Source of the DNA: Blasia pusilla
Taxonomy: Eukaryota
NCBI GenBank assembly: GCA_050084515.1
Contig: CM114271.1
Span: forward strand, 48,484,001-48,548,000
Length of the DNA stretch: 64,000 bases
Direction: 5' to 3'
The notes beneath the pieces are model-generated. The model did no database searches, had not been told where the DNA came from, and worked only from the letters and a program-made list of their open reading frames with translations. Shown here in pieces: positions 14,240 to 27,027 of the stretch. The position numbers and the translations under genes are program-made. Each line of letters opens with the position of its first letter. Position 1 is the stretch's first letter.

Positions 14240-16300
14240 ATATAATAATCGACAACCCTCTATGCACAATTAGATAAAAGAGTAAGGTAATAAGACAAAA
14301 TAGTTACAAGCTTGCGATTTTTTCCCTTAATTCACACTTGATATTTTGGGATAAAAAACGAATTTAAATGGAAGAGGAGAATTATTTCATTAAGTATAAT
14401 GAATTAATTCATTAATCAATGGAGGTTATTTTGGTGGTAGGAGTGGAGGGGGAAGAATAAATATTATTTAAACTTCAATGGAGGGTGGAATTATTTAGGG
14501 AAGTGGGGTATAACTTAAAATTTAATTGAAAAATAAAATTATTTAGAAGAGTGGAATGTTATTCTTTCTTTAAGATTTAAAAAAATCTATTTAAAATTTT
14601 AAATAATATGATTATTAAAAAATTATTTTCATCCACAAGGCATGCTAACTAGTATTATCTATATTATTATTAGCAATAAGGGTGTTAATAACAAACATCT
14701 CTCTATTTAATACTTGTTCTTTTGGGTGGTTTCTGATTGTGATACGTGTCCCCTCTAATCGTTTAGTTTCATCTATCCAACATGGAGAAAGATATAAAGG
14801 GAAGGAGAGCTTCCTTCATACGTGCGGGGCACTTGCACCAACTAGTGTAACGAACGGACGAAAATCCTTTCATTGACAAACATGTCCCGACTTGACATAG
14901 TTAAGGCGTCGGTTGGGTTGAGTTTATGACGTTCACACTAGCTAGGATCTAGAAAGTGAGTTGTGATCGGGGGTCCAAGGAGGTAAGATCTTAGGCGTGA
15001 CCCACCAAAATTGCAACCTAGACTAGATAGTTTCGAGATGAGGAAGAGCGGCTCAACCGGCTGTGAGCCTAACGTTAGCCGAGACACGCACATGTCTTGT
15101 GACTAGCCTTAGGTGAGAGCTACTAATAGGGAAAAAGTCAAGGCAAGCAAGGTTTGAGACCTTGAAACCAAGTGCCAAGTCAAGGGTGAGAAGCAAGGAA
15201 CATGTGAGTAGTCAAGATGGGCCAGACGCCACAAGACTAGTCACGAAACGCAAAGGGCGGCAAGACAACTATGAGATGCCAAACAAAGAGTTAAGATGGA
15301 TGCTAGCCATGAGACATATGAAATGCGAGTCTGAGCTCCAAGATGCGTTTGGGGAGCCAAGAGTTGCATGAGTTGCAAGAAGCCTTCGCCAAGCCAAGCC
15401 ATCTTGATGAATAACTAGTCAAATGATGGTCCGCGGGTCGCGAATCACGTTTGGTTTGAGGACCAAAATCAAGGGCTCAAGGGGAACAATGGGGAAGGTG
15501 GGGTTCCTATGGAGAACCCCAAAAGTACCTATAGGGAGGGACACTCTCCCTCTCTACTTGGTCAAGCCCTTTAGTCAAGAACTAACCGTGATGTGTGTTT
15601 GGCTGTGTTTTAAGTTTGAGCTAAGGGAGGATTTAACAGATGCGCTACGGTTTAAGCGAGCGACTTGGGGAAGAGGCTACTAAGGGAGACGCTATGCACT
15701 TGGGGAGACTTGGACCGATCAACGCTCGACGGCTTCTAGACAACCTACATATTGCACAATCGACTAAGTCTTTGGGACTCAATCTAGGTCTTATACTTGC
15801 AAAGCTTAAGGTCACGAGTGCTTTGAGGTAAAGCTATGTAAAGTACATGATGAACTTTACAACGTAAGGTGATTCGCGCTTTGATATCTAACTTACTAAG
15901 TCACTTCTAATTAGTAAACCACTCTACCACTACGATCTATCTACATTATAATTGACGACCCTATATGGACAATAAGACAAACTAGTGAGATAATAAGACA
16001 AAATAGCAGAAAATTTGCAATTTTTTTCCCGTAATTCAAATTTGATATTTTAGGGAGGGAAAATGAATGGAAGAGGGGAATAATTTTATTACTTAAAATT
16101 AAGTAATTAATTAATTAATATGTGTTATTTTGATTGGAGGAGTGAAGGGTGAAGAGTAGGTATTTTTAAAACTTCTACACAAAGGCGGAATTATTTAAGG
16201 GAGTGGGGTATTATTTAAATTTAAATTTAATAGTGTAATTAGTAAGAATAATTTAATAATAATATATCAAAAAATTTATATAACATTTTAAATAAAAATT
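14240..16300 (+). repeat. Two diverged copies of an AT-rich ~350-bp repeat (~14240-14600 and ~15945-16300)
   Basis: Shared blocks TATAAT..GAC.ACCC, TAATAAGACAAAATAG, TTGATATTTT.GG and GGAATTATTTA.GG.AGTGGGGTAT. Probably non-autonomous TE or Helitron-derived. Confidence 0.55.
14658..14845 (+). mobile_element. Short non-autonomous Helitron-like element
   Basis: Begins A|TCTATATTATTATT and ends GTGCGGGGCACTTGCACCAACTAG|T. A similar unit lies at 58865-59029. Confidence 0.5.
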
Positions 16301-17665
16301 AAAGAAAATAATTACGGCCCTCACAATTGTTCATTCCGAATGTGGAGGCTGTAGAATGCAAGTTATTCTACAGACTCTTCAACTATCAGATGTGAACTTG
16401 AGATGTGAAGAGAGATAATTCGTAATAGAATCATCTCGTTTCTCCTTCCCCAATTACTTACTCCCTCCTGTTAATACTCTCCGTTAACATGGGGAGTATC
16501 TTTTCTTCTATTTTTCCTTCTCCACGCCGTGTTCCGTGTTACTACCCTCCAAACACAAGTTTCTTCCGCTGTTAGTCTTCTTTGAACCCTCCTAGTTAGT
16601 ATATCTTTTCTTCTGTTATTGTTATTTCTGTTTCTCCTTCTCCACGACTGTGTTCCGTGTTAGTGCCTTCTACATGCCATGTTCCATGATACTACCCTCC
16701 AATACGAGTTTCTCCCTTCATGTTGGTCTTCCGTATTATTAGTCTTCTCCAAACCCTATTAATATTTTAACATACGGTGTTAATATATTTTTTCATTAAA
16801 AAACCCAAAACTAGGGTTGCATACTCGTTTTCACACGTAAATACAATTATATTAACTAATCTATACTATATTGAGAGTCCCTTCTTGCCGTGCCAACATC
16901 TCTCCTTATGCCACATGGCACTATGAACGAACCATGGATTTTTGTGCTTGTGACATAAATCTGTTACGCGTAGACAAAATTAGGGTTTCGTTCATGGTCG
17001 CCTCTAATGGTTTTTTTTCGAACCTGGGCTTTGAAGAGTTCCGTCTGTCAGCTTACGCCACCTGGGGATTTCACCCATTAAAATTTTATGAACACTTTCA
17101 AATTTTGTGTCATGAAAACGATTATGATCCTTTACACGAGGTCCGTTGATGAAGGCCTTTCATTCTCGAAGGATTCTGTTTGGGGTTTTCCAACTTTCAG
17201 AGGAAGCATAGTATTTATTGAATGCGGAAGTCCATTTGAATCGTATACATGGTATACAGTGTGACATTTCAAGGTATTCACTTCACTTGCTCTGTTGACG
17301 CAACATTACATCAACCATTGCGGCATAATCTGTAGAGCTTTATTTAGCTTTCCATACGCTTACACATGTGTATGCTCTTTGCATCTGTAGGTCTTGACTA
17401 AGTTCTATAGTAGAAATATATGCTAGTATACTAAATACTCTACTCTTGCAACTAATCTGCAATGTGGATCTCAGGGTTTATGAGAACGCCTTCAAGTGCA
17501 AGCGGAGAGTTAGTTCTGAGTTGAATCTGCTGCTCCAAGAAATTCTCGAGTCGCCTCATGGATTGGATCCCTCCATGCATCTCAAAAAAAATTCACAAAA
17601 TCTCCTTAATCGGCTCCATCCCTCCATCTTTGCAACAGTCTTCAAAGGCAGCTCTCGATTGGCTC

Positions 17666-20600
17666 TGTCGTACGTATACACGTCCTTACACAACATACAT
17701 CGCTAGTCACATCCACACCACACAACACCAATCTTCCCCATGTGGAAAACTACTAAAGAAGCATAATTGGTGAGAAACGGGTCTCACACTTACACACCAC
17801 CATGGAGAACCAAATTTGCAATGAGAGAATGAGTGGAGGCTGGTCCCCTTCTCAATTATATAGAATAGGTACAAGCAACCCTAACCCTAACCTTAACCAT
17901 AGTGTCAAGTTAGACTACTATGATTAACTAACCCTAGTTAAAATAATCGCGATTAATTCACTAACCAAAATTAAGCTTCCCTACTTCGTGTATGTACCAA
18001 ATGTAGCAGTTCAGATGTCTCATAAGTTTGACTCTAACTCAATCTTCAATACTCTCCCTCAAGCTCATATCGATATCTCTAACGCCTAAATCATTTCTAA
18101 ACATCTCAAACTTATCTTGCTGACATCCTTTGTAAAGATGTCAACAATTTTCTGATGTGTACCTATATACATAAGATCAATTTCTCTTCCAAGCACTTTC
18201 TCTTTGATAAAATGATAGTGCACCTCAACATGCTTTGCACGAGCATGAAACACAGGGTTATTAGCAAGATTGATGCTACTAGTATTGTTTGCATATATTA
18301 CACTAGGTCCTAAGTTACTAACACCAATCTCTGCAAGTAATCGATGAAGCCACACCGCCTCACATGCTGCATTGGTTGCTCCTGTATACTCAACCTCTGT
18401 TGAAAATAAAGCAACGGTAGGTTGCTTCTTTGAAGTCCAACTTATGGTTGCGCTTCCCAAAGTAAATAAATAACCAGATGTGGAGTGTTGATCAACACGC
18501 TCCTTGCCCAATCAACATCTGTGAATCGGAGAAGGTTCAAATGAAAGCCCGAATTGAATAGAGAATTTCACATATCGCATAATCCTCCTCACAACATCAA
18601 GGTGAGGTTTTCGAGGTGCTTGTATAAACTGGCTTACTAGGCTAACAACATAGCTCAAATCTGGTCTGGTTATAGTTAGATAGATCAAACTTCCCACCAT
18701 GCGCCTGTATTTATTAGAATCTACAAGCAACTCTCCTTCATCCACTCTTAGCTTCACACTCTGGTCCAACGGTGTAGAGATTGGCTTACAAGCCGTCATA
18801 CCATATTTTGAAAGCATATGAAGCCCATATTGTCATTGTAGTAACCACATGCTCTCTCCAACCTTGATAAACTCAATACCAAGGAAGTACTTGATTTCTC
18901 TAAAGTCCTTCATATCAAATTATGCTTGTAACTTAAGCTTGACTTCTTGTACCATTTCTTCAATACTCCCTGTAATCAGGAGATCGTCAACATACAACAC
19001 AATGAGAATCCTATGATCTTGTCCTCTCCAGATATATAACGAGGAGTCATAATCACATATCCTAAAACCCAACTCTTGTAGAACGTATGTAATTTTGCCA
19101 TACCAAGCTCTTGGAGCTTGTTTGAGCCCATATAGAGCTTTCTTCAACATGCATATGCGAAATGGAAACTTGGGATGCTCGTATCCAGGTGGTTGAGTCA
19201 TATATACCTCCTCGTATAGATCTCCATTCAAGAAGGTATTCTTGACGTCCATGTGATGTAATCTCCTCTTCTTACTTATTGTAACTCTAACCACTGTTCT
19301 CGTAGTCGCCATCTTTGCAACAGGGCTAAATGTTTCTTCATAATCGATGCCCTTTTGTTGTGCATAGCCTTAGCCATCAATCTTGCTTTGTATCTATTAA
19401 TTGTACCATCTGATTGCGTTTGATTTTGTAAATCCATTTGCAGCCAATAGCTTCCTTACCGAAAGGTATATCAACTTGAACTCATATATGTTGATATCTT
19501 AATGCAGCAAGCTCTTCCTCCATAGCTTCAATCCATTTGACTTTACTTGCAGCTTCTTCAAAATAACTCGGGTCTTGTTCTTGAAGGGTAGTCATCATAT
19601 ATGCATGATGTGCCGCAAGAAAACCTTCATTTATTAATCTATGAACTGGATGTGTAACTCTGCTTGATCTATGAAGTTGTTGTTCAGAGGTAGATGCCTC
19701 TGATACTCCTCAAAAGACTAAATACGTACTCTTACCGTCCACGGACTCACAGATTTAACCGATGAATCTACGACCTCTCCTAATCATGTACTAGTACTTG
19801 GGGAAGTTGAAGATAATGTTTGTTGGTTTACGGTCACATTCTCCCTCTCAAGAGACAAGTTTAGAGATGGAATAGGCTGAGATGGAGCATACCATGACTT
19901 TAGCTCATCAAAGACAACATCGCGACTAATAATAAGCTGCCTAGAGGATGGAATGTAGCACTTATATCCCTTAATTCCATTAGCATAGCCAATGAAGATA
20001 CATCTTTCAGACTTGGGGTCTAATTTTTTAAGTCTCTCTAAAGGAACATGAGCATAACAAATACAGCCAAATACTTTCAAGAAGGAAAAACCAGGTTTAA
20101 TTCATGTGAAGACTTCAAATGGAGTCTTATCATAAACTTATGTTGTTGGATTTCGGTTGATTAAGAAAATTGCATATGCTATAACCTCTACCCAATATAT
20201 TTTAGGCATGTTCTTCTCATTCAGCATTGCTCGTGCCGCTTCAGCAATCTGTCCATTCTTCCTCTCAGCCACTCCATTTTATTATGGAGTGTAACGGCAA
20301 GTCACTTGACGTTGGATGCCATTCTGACGTAAATAATCAACAAACTCTGTTGAAAGGTACTATCCTCCTCCATCACACCGCAATTTCAGAATATGTTCTC
20401 TAGTCTGCTTCTCTAATAGAACTCTAAATATTTGGAACATTGAGAATACCTCTGACTTGGCTTTCAGAAAGTATACCCATATATATCTAGAGAAGTCATC
20501 AATAAATGAAACAAAGTACTGACAACCACTAAGGCTATGTTGTGATGTTGTCCACACATCATTATGGATCAACTCCAATACCCTGGATGCTCTTCTACCT

Positions 20601-23600
20601 TGCTTTGGTAAAGGAAATCTAGCTTATTTTCCAAATTGGCAAGCGGGACATACCTCTAACATAGCAAGACTCGCTAATTTAGGGAGTCCTATTACTATAT
20701 TAGATGATGAAAGACTCTGTAATTTTTGAAGATTCATATGTCCAATTCTTTTATGCCATACATTTAGATTTGTGACTTGTTGGACGATTTGACTATACAT
20801 TGCTATTTGAATCTCTGGTATAGAAACATCTAATTTGAACATTCTTCCAGATCTAATTTCTTTGGCTATCGTAGTCTGGTCATCCATTGTTTCAATGAAA
20901 CAACCATCTGCGTTAAACTTCACTTGATAACCCTATTCTACTATATGTCCTATAGAGATTAGGTTTCTTGCAATGATAGGAACATAGAGAACATTTCCAG
21001 GAGCACAAAGACCATCTGATGCTATTGGAACTTTATCAATATACGTGATATGATGTTGAGTGTCATCTCCTGTGAGCATAATTATGCGATCTTTCACTGG
21101 CTCCAAACTACTGAACCATTTAGCTTGTGAGGTCATATGATTTGATGCACCAGAGTCAATGTACCAATCTGCTATTGAGTCTTTCTTCACCATTGCTCCC
21201 ATATGATGAGTCATGACCAAAAGATGCTTTGTTTGTGAATATTGTTGTTCTTGGTACTGCTCTTGGTGTTGTTGCTCCACATAGTTTTATTGTTGTAAGA
21301 CTCCGGTTCTTATATAAGCCTTCTTCTTGAAGCAAAACTTTGCATAGTGACCCTTTATCCCACACTAATTGCAAGATCCAAGGACCCTCTACTGCTGACC
21401 TCGACCCCAACAATTTCCACCATCACCACCTTGTGATTGTGTCTGGTATTGGTTTGTAGTTGATTGAGTGACGTTATGTTGAGTGCCTCTTCCTACATAT
21501 GCTTGATATCCATCACGACCACGGAAGCTTCTGCCACAACCCCTGCCTCTCTTTGATCCATAACCTGCAAATAGCGCACTCTCTTGCAGACTAGACGAGC
21601 TATCGCTGCCTACTAGGCACATCTCTTCACCGATTAACAGTGGAACTAACTCTTGAAAGGTTGGATACTTCTCTCTCATAGAGATAGAGGTCTCAAAGGA
21701 CTTGTAATCATTTGGAAAGCCTTAAAAAGTGAACAAAATTAGATCATCATCTTCTATTGTCACTCGGATGCTATTCAACTTATCAACAATGTATCTTATA
21801 TTCAAAATATAATTATTGATGCTCTACGATCCTTTCCTCACTTCGTTCAATTATTGTTTCAATTGAAGCTTTCTGGCCTTTGTAGATGTCTGGAACAACT
21901 TTTCCAATGCATCTCAGGCCTCCTTCGGAATATCAATATTTTGAATGTGACTTATCATCGGCGGATTGATCGTTATTGAAATGTAGTGGATTACTTGCCT
22001 TGCGTATTTATTCCAGGCGCGAACATTCAAGTATGTTGAGTCACCTTCTGGCTTGGCCTCATCACCTGTGACAAGCTCCCATAGTTCTTGATCCATGAGA
22101 AATTGTTTCATGCGAAATTTCCTGACATTGTAATTATGCTTAGCTAGCTTCTCGCCTGTGATTGTTGCTAAGGAATACTCCATGACAAACGATTTCACTC
22201 ACAAAATTGTAATTTCGGGCTCTCTACGACTCTAGTTTAAGCATAGACTACTCCAAAATAGAAATCGACTTGAAATTTGATCAAATGTATGAAGGAACTA
22301 GTCGAAATTAGCTTGTAGAGAGCAAACTGCACAACTTTTCTTCACTAATTGCACTTTCCTATATTGAAATTGCTATTGCATGAGCTCACAATGTCAGAAT
22401 CGAGCGATTTTGGATGCATTGGAAAGCTCTTGACGAGATCTAAAAGATGGCATGATCTAAAATTGGGCATCATTGTTGCTTCCATGGAACCAAATGGCTA
22501 AATCGGTCGGGAAAGGCCCTCAAAAACACCTCCAAAGTTGTATCATCATCAAAGCTCCACCTGAAATCTGCACCCACTGAGCTGTGAATAAAACTTCCTT
22601 CTCCCAAGCTGAAATTGTGCCTTCTCTTTCATCTCTTCTCTCCTAAAACACCAAGAATTTCAAGTGATGTTCTCCTATCGCTCTGATACCATGTAGAAAA
22701 CTGCTAAACAAGCAAAATTGGTGGAAAACGGCTCTCACATACACACACCACCATGGAGAACGAAATTTGCAATGAAAGAATGAGTTAAGGCTAGTCCTCT
22801 TCTCAATTATATAGGATATGTACAAACAACCCTAACCCTAATCTTAACCATAGTCTCGAGTTAGACTAATTGTGATTAACTAACCTTAGTTAAGATAATC
22901 GCGCTTAATTGACTAACCAAGATTAAACTTCCTTACTTTGTGTGAGTACCAAATGTAGCAGTTCAGGTGTCTCATGAGCTTGATTGTGACTCAATCTTCA
23001 ATACCCCGCACACGGGTAGATACACACATGTACAAAAATCAACTCATACATGGAGATCACACAACAAAAATAAAAATGGCATATACGGCCTAAAAACTCC
23101 ACTCCTCAATCTACATGAGCATATCAAGCCTAGTCCATCCTGTGCTATCAAGGAATCCGAACGCTAGCACCCAATCCTAACTCACACACGAGCAAGAATG
23201 GTACTCCAACGGCCCAACATGAGAAAGATGGCTTGGGGAGGCCATCTTCCTCCCTTATATAGGTTTGGGAAGAGCCAAAAAGATCTTCCCCTAAAGATAG
23301 CTATCCTCATGGTAACCTGCGCGTACAGGTTACCAGGGGCGGGTGACCTACTCAACAAGTCACCCGGTTGTAAAAGACCTCAACAGAAAAGATGTCAAAA
23401 ATGACGTTCTTGACACAACGGACCTATCCTCAACCTCATCCGACACCTCGAGACAAAGTTACACTCAAGACAATCCCCTAAATCCTATGTCCTATCGTCT
23501 ATTCAGATGTGATAGTTGTCGTGCGCATACACATCGCTACGCAACATACATTGATGGTCACATCCACACCATACAACATCGATCTTTCCCACACACGGAT

Positions 23601-24305
23601 AGATCCACACATGTACAGAAATCAAGTCATACATATACATGGAGATCACACAACCGCCCCCCTAACTGGCAATTGGATCCCCCCAACTCCAGATAGAAAA
23701 TATCACATCTTCCTGACATGACCTACTACCCTATACACATCTCGGACATATCCATCGTCCTGTGGGAACTACATCAAGAGGGGGGGTCAAACATGACATA
23801 TGCCATAGCCAAAAACAACCATCACATACCAACATGGTGGTTGTATCCCATGCAGATCCCCACAACATACACCTCAAGCCTGCAGATACCACTGCCAAGC
23901 TCGGATCCACTGTCTTGTCCATGTTCGAAAGGTGACGTGGCGTATAGTTGCACACATGATCCTTCCAAACCATACCATCATGTCTCTCCAACATGAGGAC
24001 TCCGGTCGGTAATACCTTGCGCACACGTAGGATCGTGCGCCCTGTAGTGACATCTAGCGTCGTGGGTGCCGCATGCTCTAAATACACGTAATCTCCAGGA
24101 TGAAACCTCCTAATCCATGGATGATAACCTCCTCCACGAATGGTTCCGTACCTCAATGTATCCCTTTGGTAAGCAATAACTAAGTTCTTAAAGGCCATGG
24201 GCATAACTCTACAAAAATCTCCGCCCTTTGAGAACACGCTTGTACCCACATATCTGGATCATCAAGATCTAACACCTCTACCATGTCAGGTCAAATAGTT
24301 GTATG
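17666..24305 (-). mobile_element. 3' part of a PHD-bearing Gypsy-type element: integrase C-terminus, PHD, G-tract and B1-A2-B2 terminal repeats (B2 split by a Copia)
   Basis: ORF 23731-24249 ends in a degenerate PHD (CML..MLVCDGC..WHMSCLTPPLDVVPTGRWICPRC). G-tract 23655-23670; B1 23517-23654; A2 23066-23514; B2 is 23004-23065 plus 17666-17740. Confidence 0.8.
17741..23003 (-). mobile_element. Full-length Ty1/Copia LTR retrotransposon (coding region decayed)
   Basis: LTRs at 17741-18051 and 22692-23003. PBS TGGTATCAGAGC (tRNA-iMet) at 22680-22691; PPT at 18052-18060; TSD CCCCA/CCCCG. ORF fragments give the order gag-PR-INT-RT-RH ([38 protein letters not shown]). Confidence 0.95.
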
Positions 24306-27027
24306 CACTAGTACAAAAACCTCCTCTGGATAACTTAGAAAAATGACTAGATGCTACTCAAACCGGGCCTGTGTGACTAAGTAATTACTTAACCAGACTC
24401 TAGTAATAAAAATTACTCCTAGTCGTATAAGTTGTTACTAAAACCGAGGATAGTCATATCTTAGTCTCTTTTTTGTTACTCAAGATAGTCACTAAATATG
24501 ACTTCACCTAGTCATTTTGTATTACTAGGTTAAGTCATAAGAAATGACTAAATGAGTCATAAAGAATGACTTGTCTAGTCATAAAGAATGATTAGACGAG
24601 TAATAAAAAATGACAAGAAGAATCATAAGCATTAACTAGACTCTTCATTAAGAATGACTAGGCGAGTCAATAACTGTGACTACATCAGAGTAATAAATAA
24701 TGACGTTATGCGTCACAAGAGAATGACTAAGTCATTAAAATGACTTTTCCATGTCATTTACAATCCTATTCATTGACAATATCCAAATAACTATACCAGT
24801 CATTATGTATAAGAGATTGCTTTATTGCTGAGAGAAATATGTACATGAAATTGGCATTTGAGTCCATTTTGTATCCATGAATATGAATTACTCCTTCCTA
24901 CCTATCCTCCCTACACATATCACTAATTCGCTTACATCGATGCAATGGAGATGCGATTATATATCTGTTGTACAGTCCTAATGCTACCAGCATCATGTGA
25001 AAACATACAAGCACATTACTCCTGTACCAACCCATCCATTTTGTAGCCTGATCAGATCAGTTTTTCACAGTAAAAAATCCTTATTTATTGAAAGATAGAG
25101 CTAGCAAATATTTCTTACATCCAATTGTGGCCATAAGTCCAAAGCTACAAAATTTATCCATACACCCTGAAATGGAATATTTTCTTACGTCAGAAGAATG
25201 CCTAGTGACTTATAGTGAAAGATGGTCATCAATGGAAGAACACAATATCTACTTCTCATTGCAAACTTCCACCTCTGATATTCTCAAAATTGAGACATGA
25301 AACATAAACACCTCTATTGTAACACTCAAAACTGAAACACAAACATCAAATTCCTCTACTCATGAGTACAAAAGTTACAAGTATATGGAGATCGCCACAC
25401 TCAAGAGTAATGTCAAAGGGAATGTTTACTCAAAAATTATACACACAAAGCGAAGGTGCCCCTATTTTTTAGAAGGCATAAGAATATGAGATGGCCATAA
25501 CACTACACTATCAATGGTATCTCCAACATAAATCTACGGTGGATCGTCAGCCATATTTAGAAATGGAAATACGTATTTCTTCTTGTAGACCTCTCTCAAA
25601 TGGAGAACAGAATGCCCATCTAGAATGTCACGTCCATGGAAAGTAGAACAACCATCATGCAAGGTGGCATAACCTACAACCACAGAGGGGTTCTCACGTG
25701 ATATCAACTGCTACAACGGAGGCACAACAGATTACAACACCCGCTTGGTAGCCTCTCCGGTCCTCTTCCTGAGTGTCGCTCTTCTCACCACCATTGGCTT
25801 TTGCAGAAGATCCAACTGATCCAACTCCATGGGTCCACCACTCCCCAACATCCTTGCACTATCCTCATTCTCCTCTGAAAATACCGTGGCCTCTCAATTG
25901 CATCTCCGCGATATCCTCATTTGGCGTTTGCCTACAACGGTTGGGGCCTCATCCGTGGTCTCTACAATCACAATCAACAAGAACATCTCACTGCCCTTTC
26001 AAATAGATCATGGTTTTCAGCAACTTCAAAGTAAAATGCACAATATCCGTCTAAACTCACATACGTGAACTCAAAGGGTCACCCGCAAACACAGTAGCAT
26101 TAACCTCTCTTTTGCCTCCCTTTTTCTTTGGACCAGTTGGTGCAATGCCAACATCTGTATCTAGTCCTCTTACTGTATGAACACCCTTGGCAACCTGTGG
26201 AAGAACTGGAGGTGAAGGCACAATAGTGACCTTCTCCGGAGAGGGTGCACTCTCCCTTGAAGGTGGTCCGGTGATTGGGTGAGGCGAGGATACACTCAAC
26301 GGCATAGAGGCAAGTGCTCCACTAGGAGCAAGGTCTCGATCACTAGCTCCATGAGGAGAGGATACAACTCTTGGATTTTTTTATCTCTCCTTGGAACCCC
26401 TTATGTCCTCATGGTCCCTTCTCAAGCTCATGGAAATCAATTCCATCAACTTTGTGAAGTTCTCTTGTTGATTAGCAACAACAGTCTTTATGCTTGTCTC
26501 TAGCACGTCCATACTGTTGGAGAATGCATCCATGCGATCAATTATGTAAGTCACAGACTCGGGCAACAACTCCTCCATAGACTTTAATCGGGCACATATC
26601 TCTGTCAGCTCAGATGTTCTAGGCGCTTGAAATACAAGACCTAGATCTCAGTCTATATCAACAGACATGTACTAGAAATACACTAGATTCAACTCTATTC
26701 TAAAGCAACCAGATGCAAATACCTGCTTTGACACTAAACTTGTACCATAACTCCTTTGGTTCTTTGCCTCCTCATGCACCTATGCCTTAGTAGGGGTTTG
26801 CCCCTTCTCTTTTCTCTACAACACATGTTACACCGACCAAGTTCAGTCTACCAAACACCATTTTCCAAACTATATGCATGGTGGTAATAGAAATTAAAGA
26901 TGGGTCCTTCAATATTTTTCATACCAAGTGATCTGCAATTGGTGCGTTCCCTTTTCTTCCTACAGGGTTTGGATTGGTCACCGCTGCCCGTGCTTTGGAC
27001 ATCTACTCACTCTTTGTCTTTGCACTC
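24306..27027. mobile_element. One end of a CACTA (En/Spm) DNA transposon with subterminal repeats and a decayed minus-strand TnpA-like gene
   Basis: Starts CACTAGTACAAAAAC exactly where the Gypsy integrase is cut. ATGACT/AGTCAT repeats are dense in both orientations over 24340-24760. A minus-strand fragment VVGYATLH..FHGRDI..FPFLNMADDPP (~25530-25680) resembles a TNP1/En/Spm domain. The second TIR was not found. Confidence 0.7.

Noticed and set aside
14846-15890. Possible solo LTR or LTR-internal remnant starting TGTAACG
   Set aside because: No second copy, TSD or coding motif was found to define it.
23517-23654. Treating the short B repeat as a conventional LTR, and B-A-B as a TRIM
   Set aside because: Neither observed 5' end (27028, 56231) is preceded by B, and there is no PBS or PPT inside B-A-B. 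Disfavoured but not excluded without more copies.
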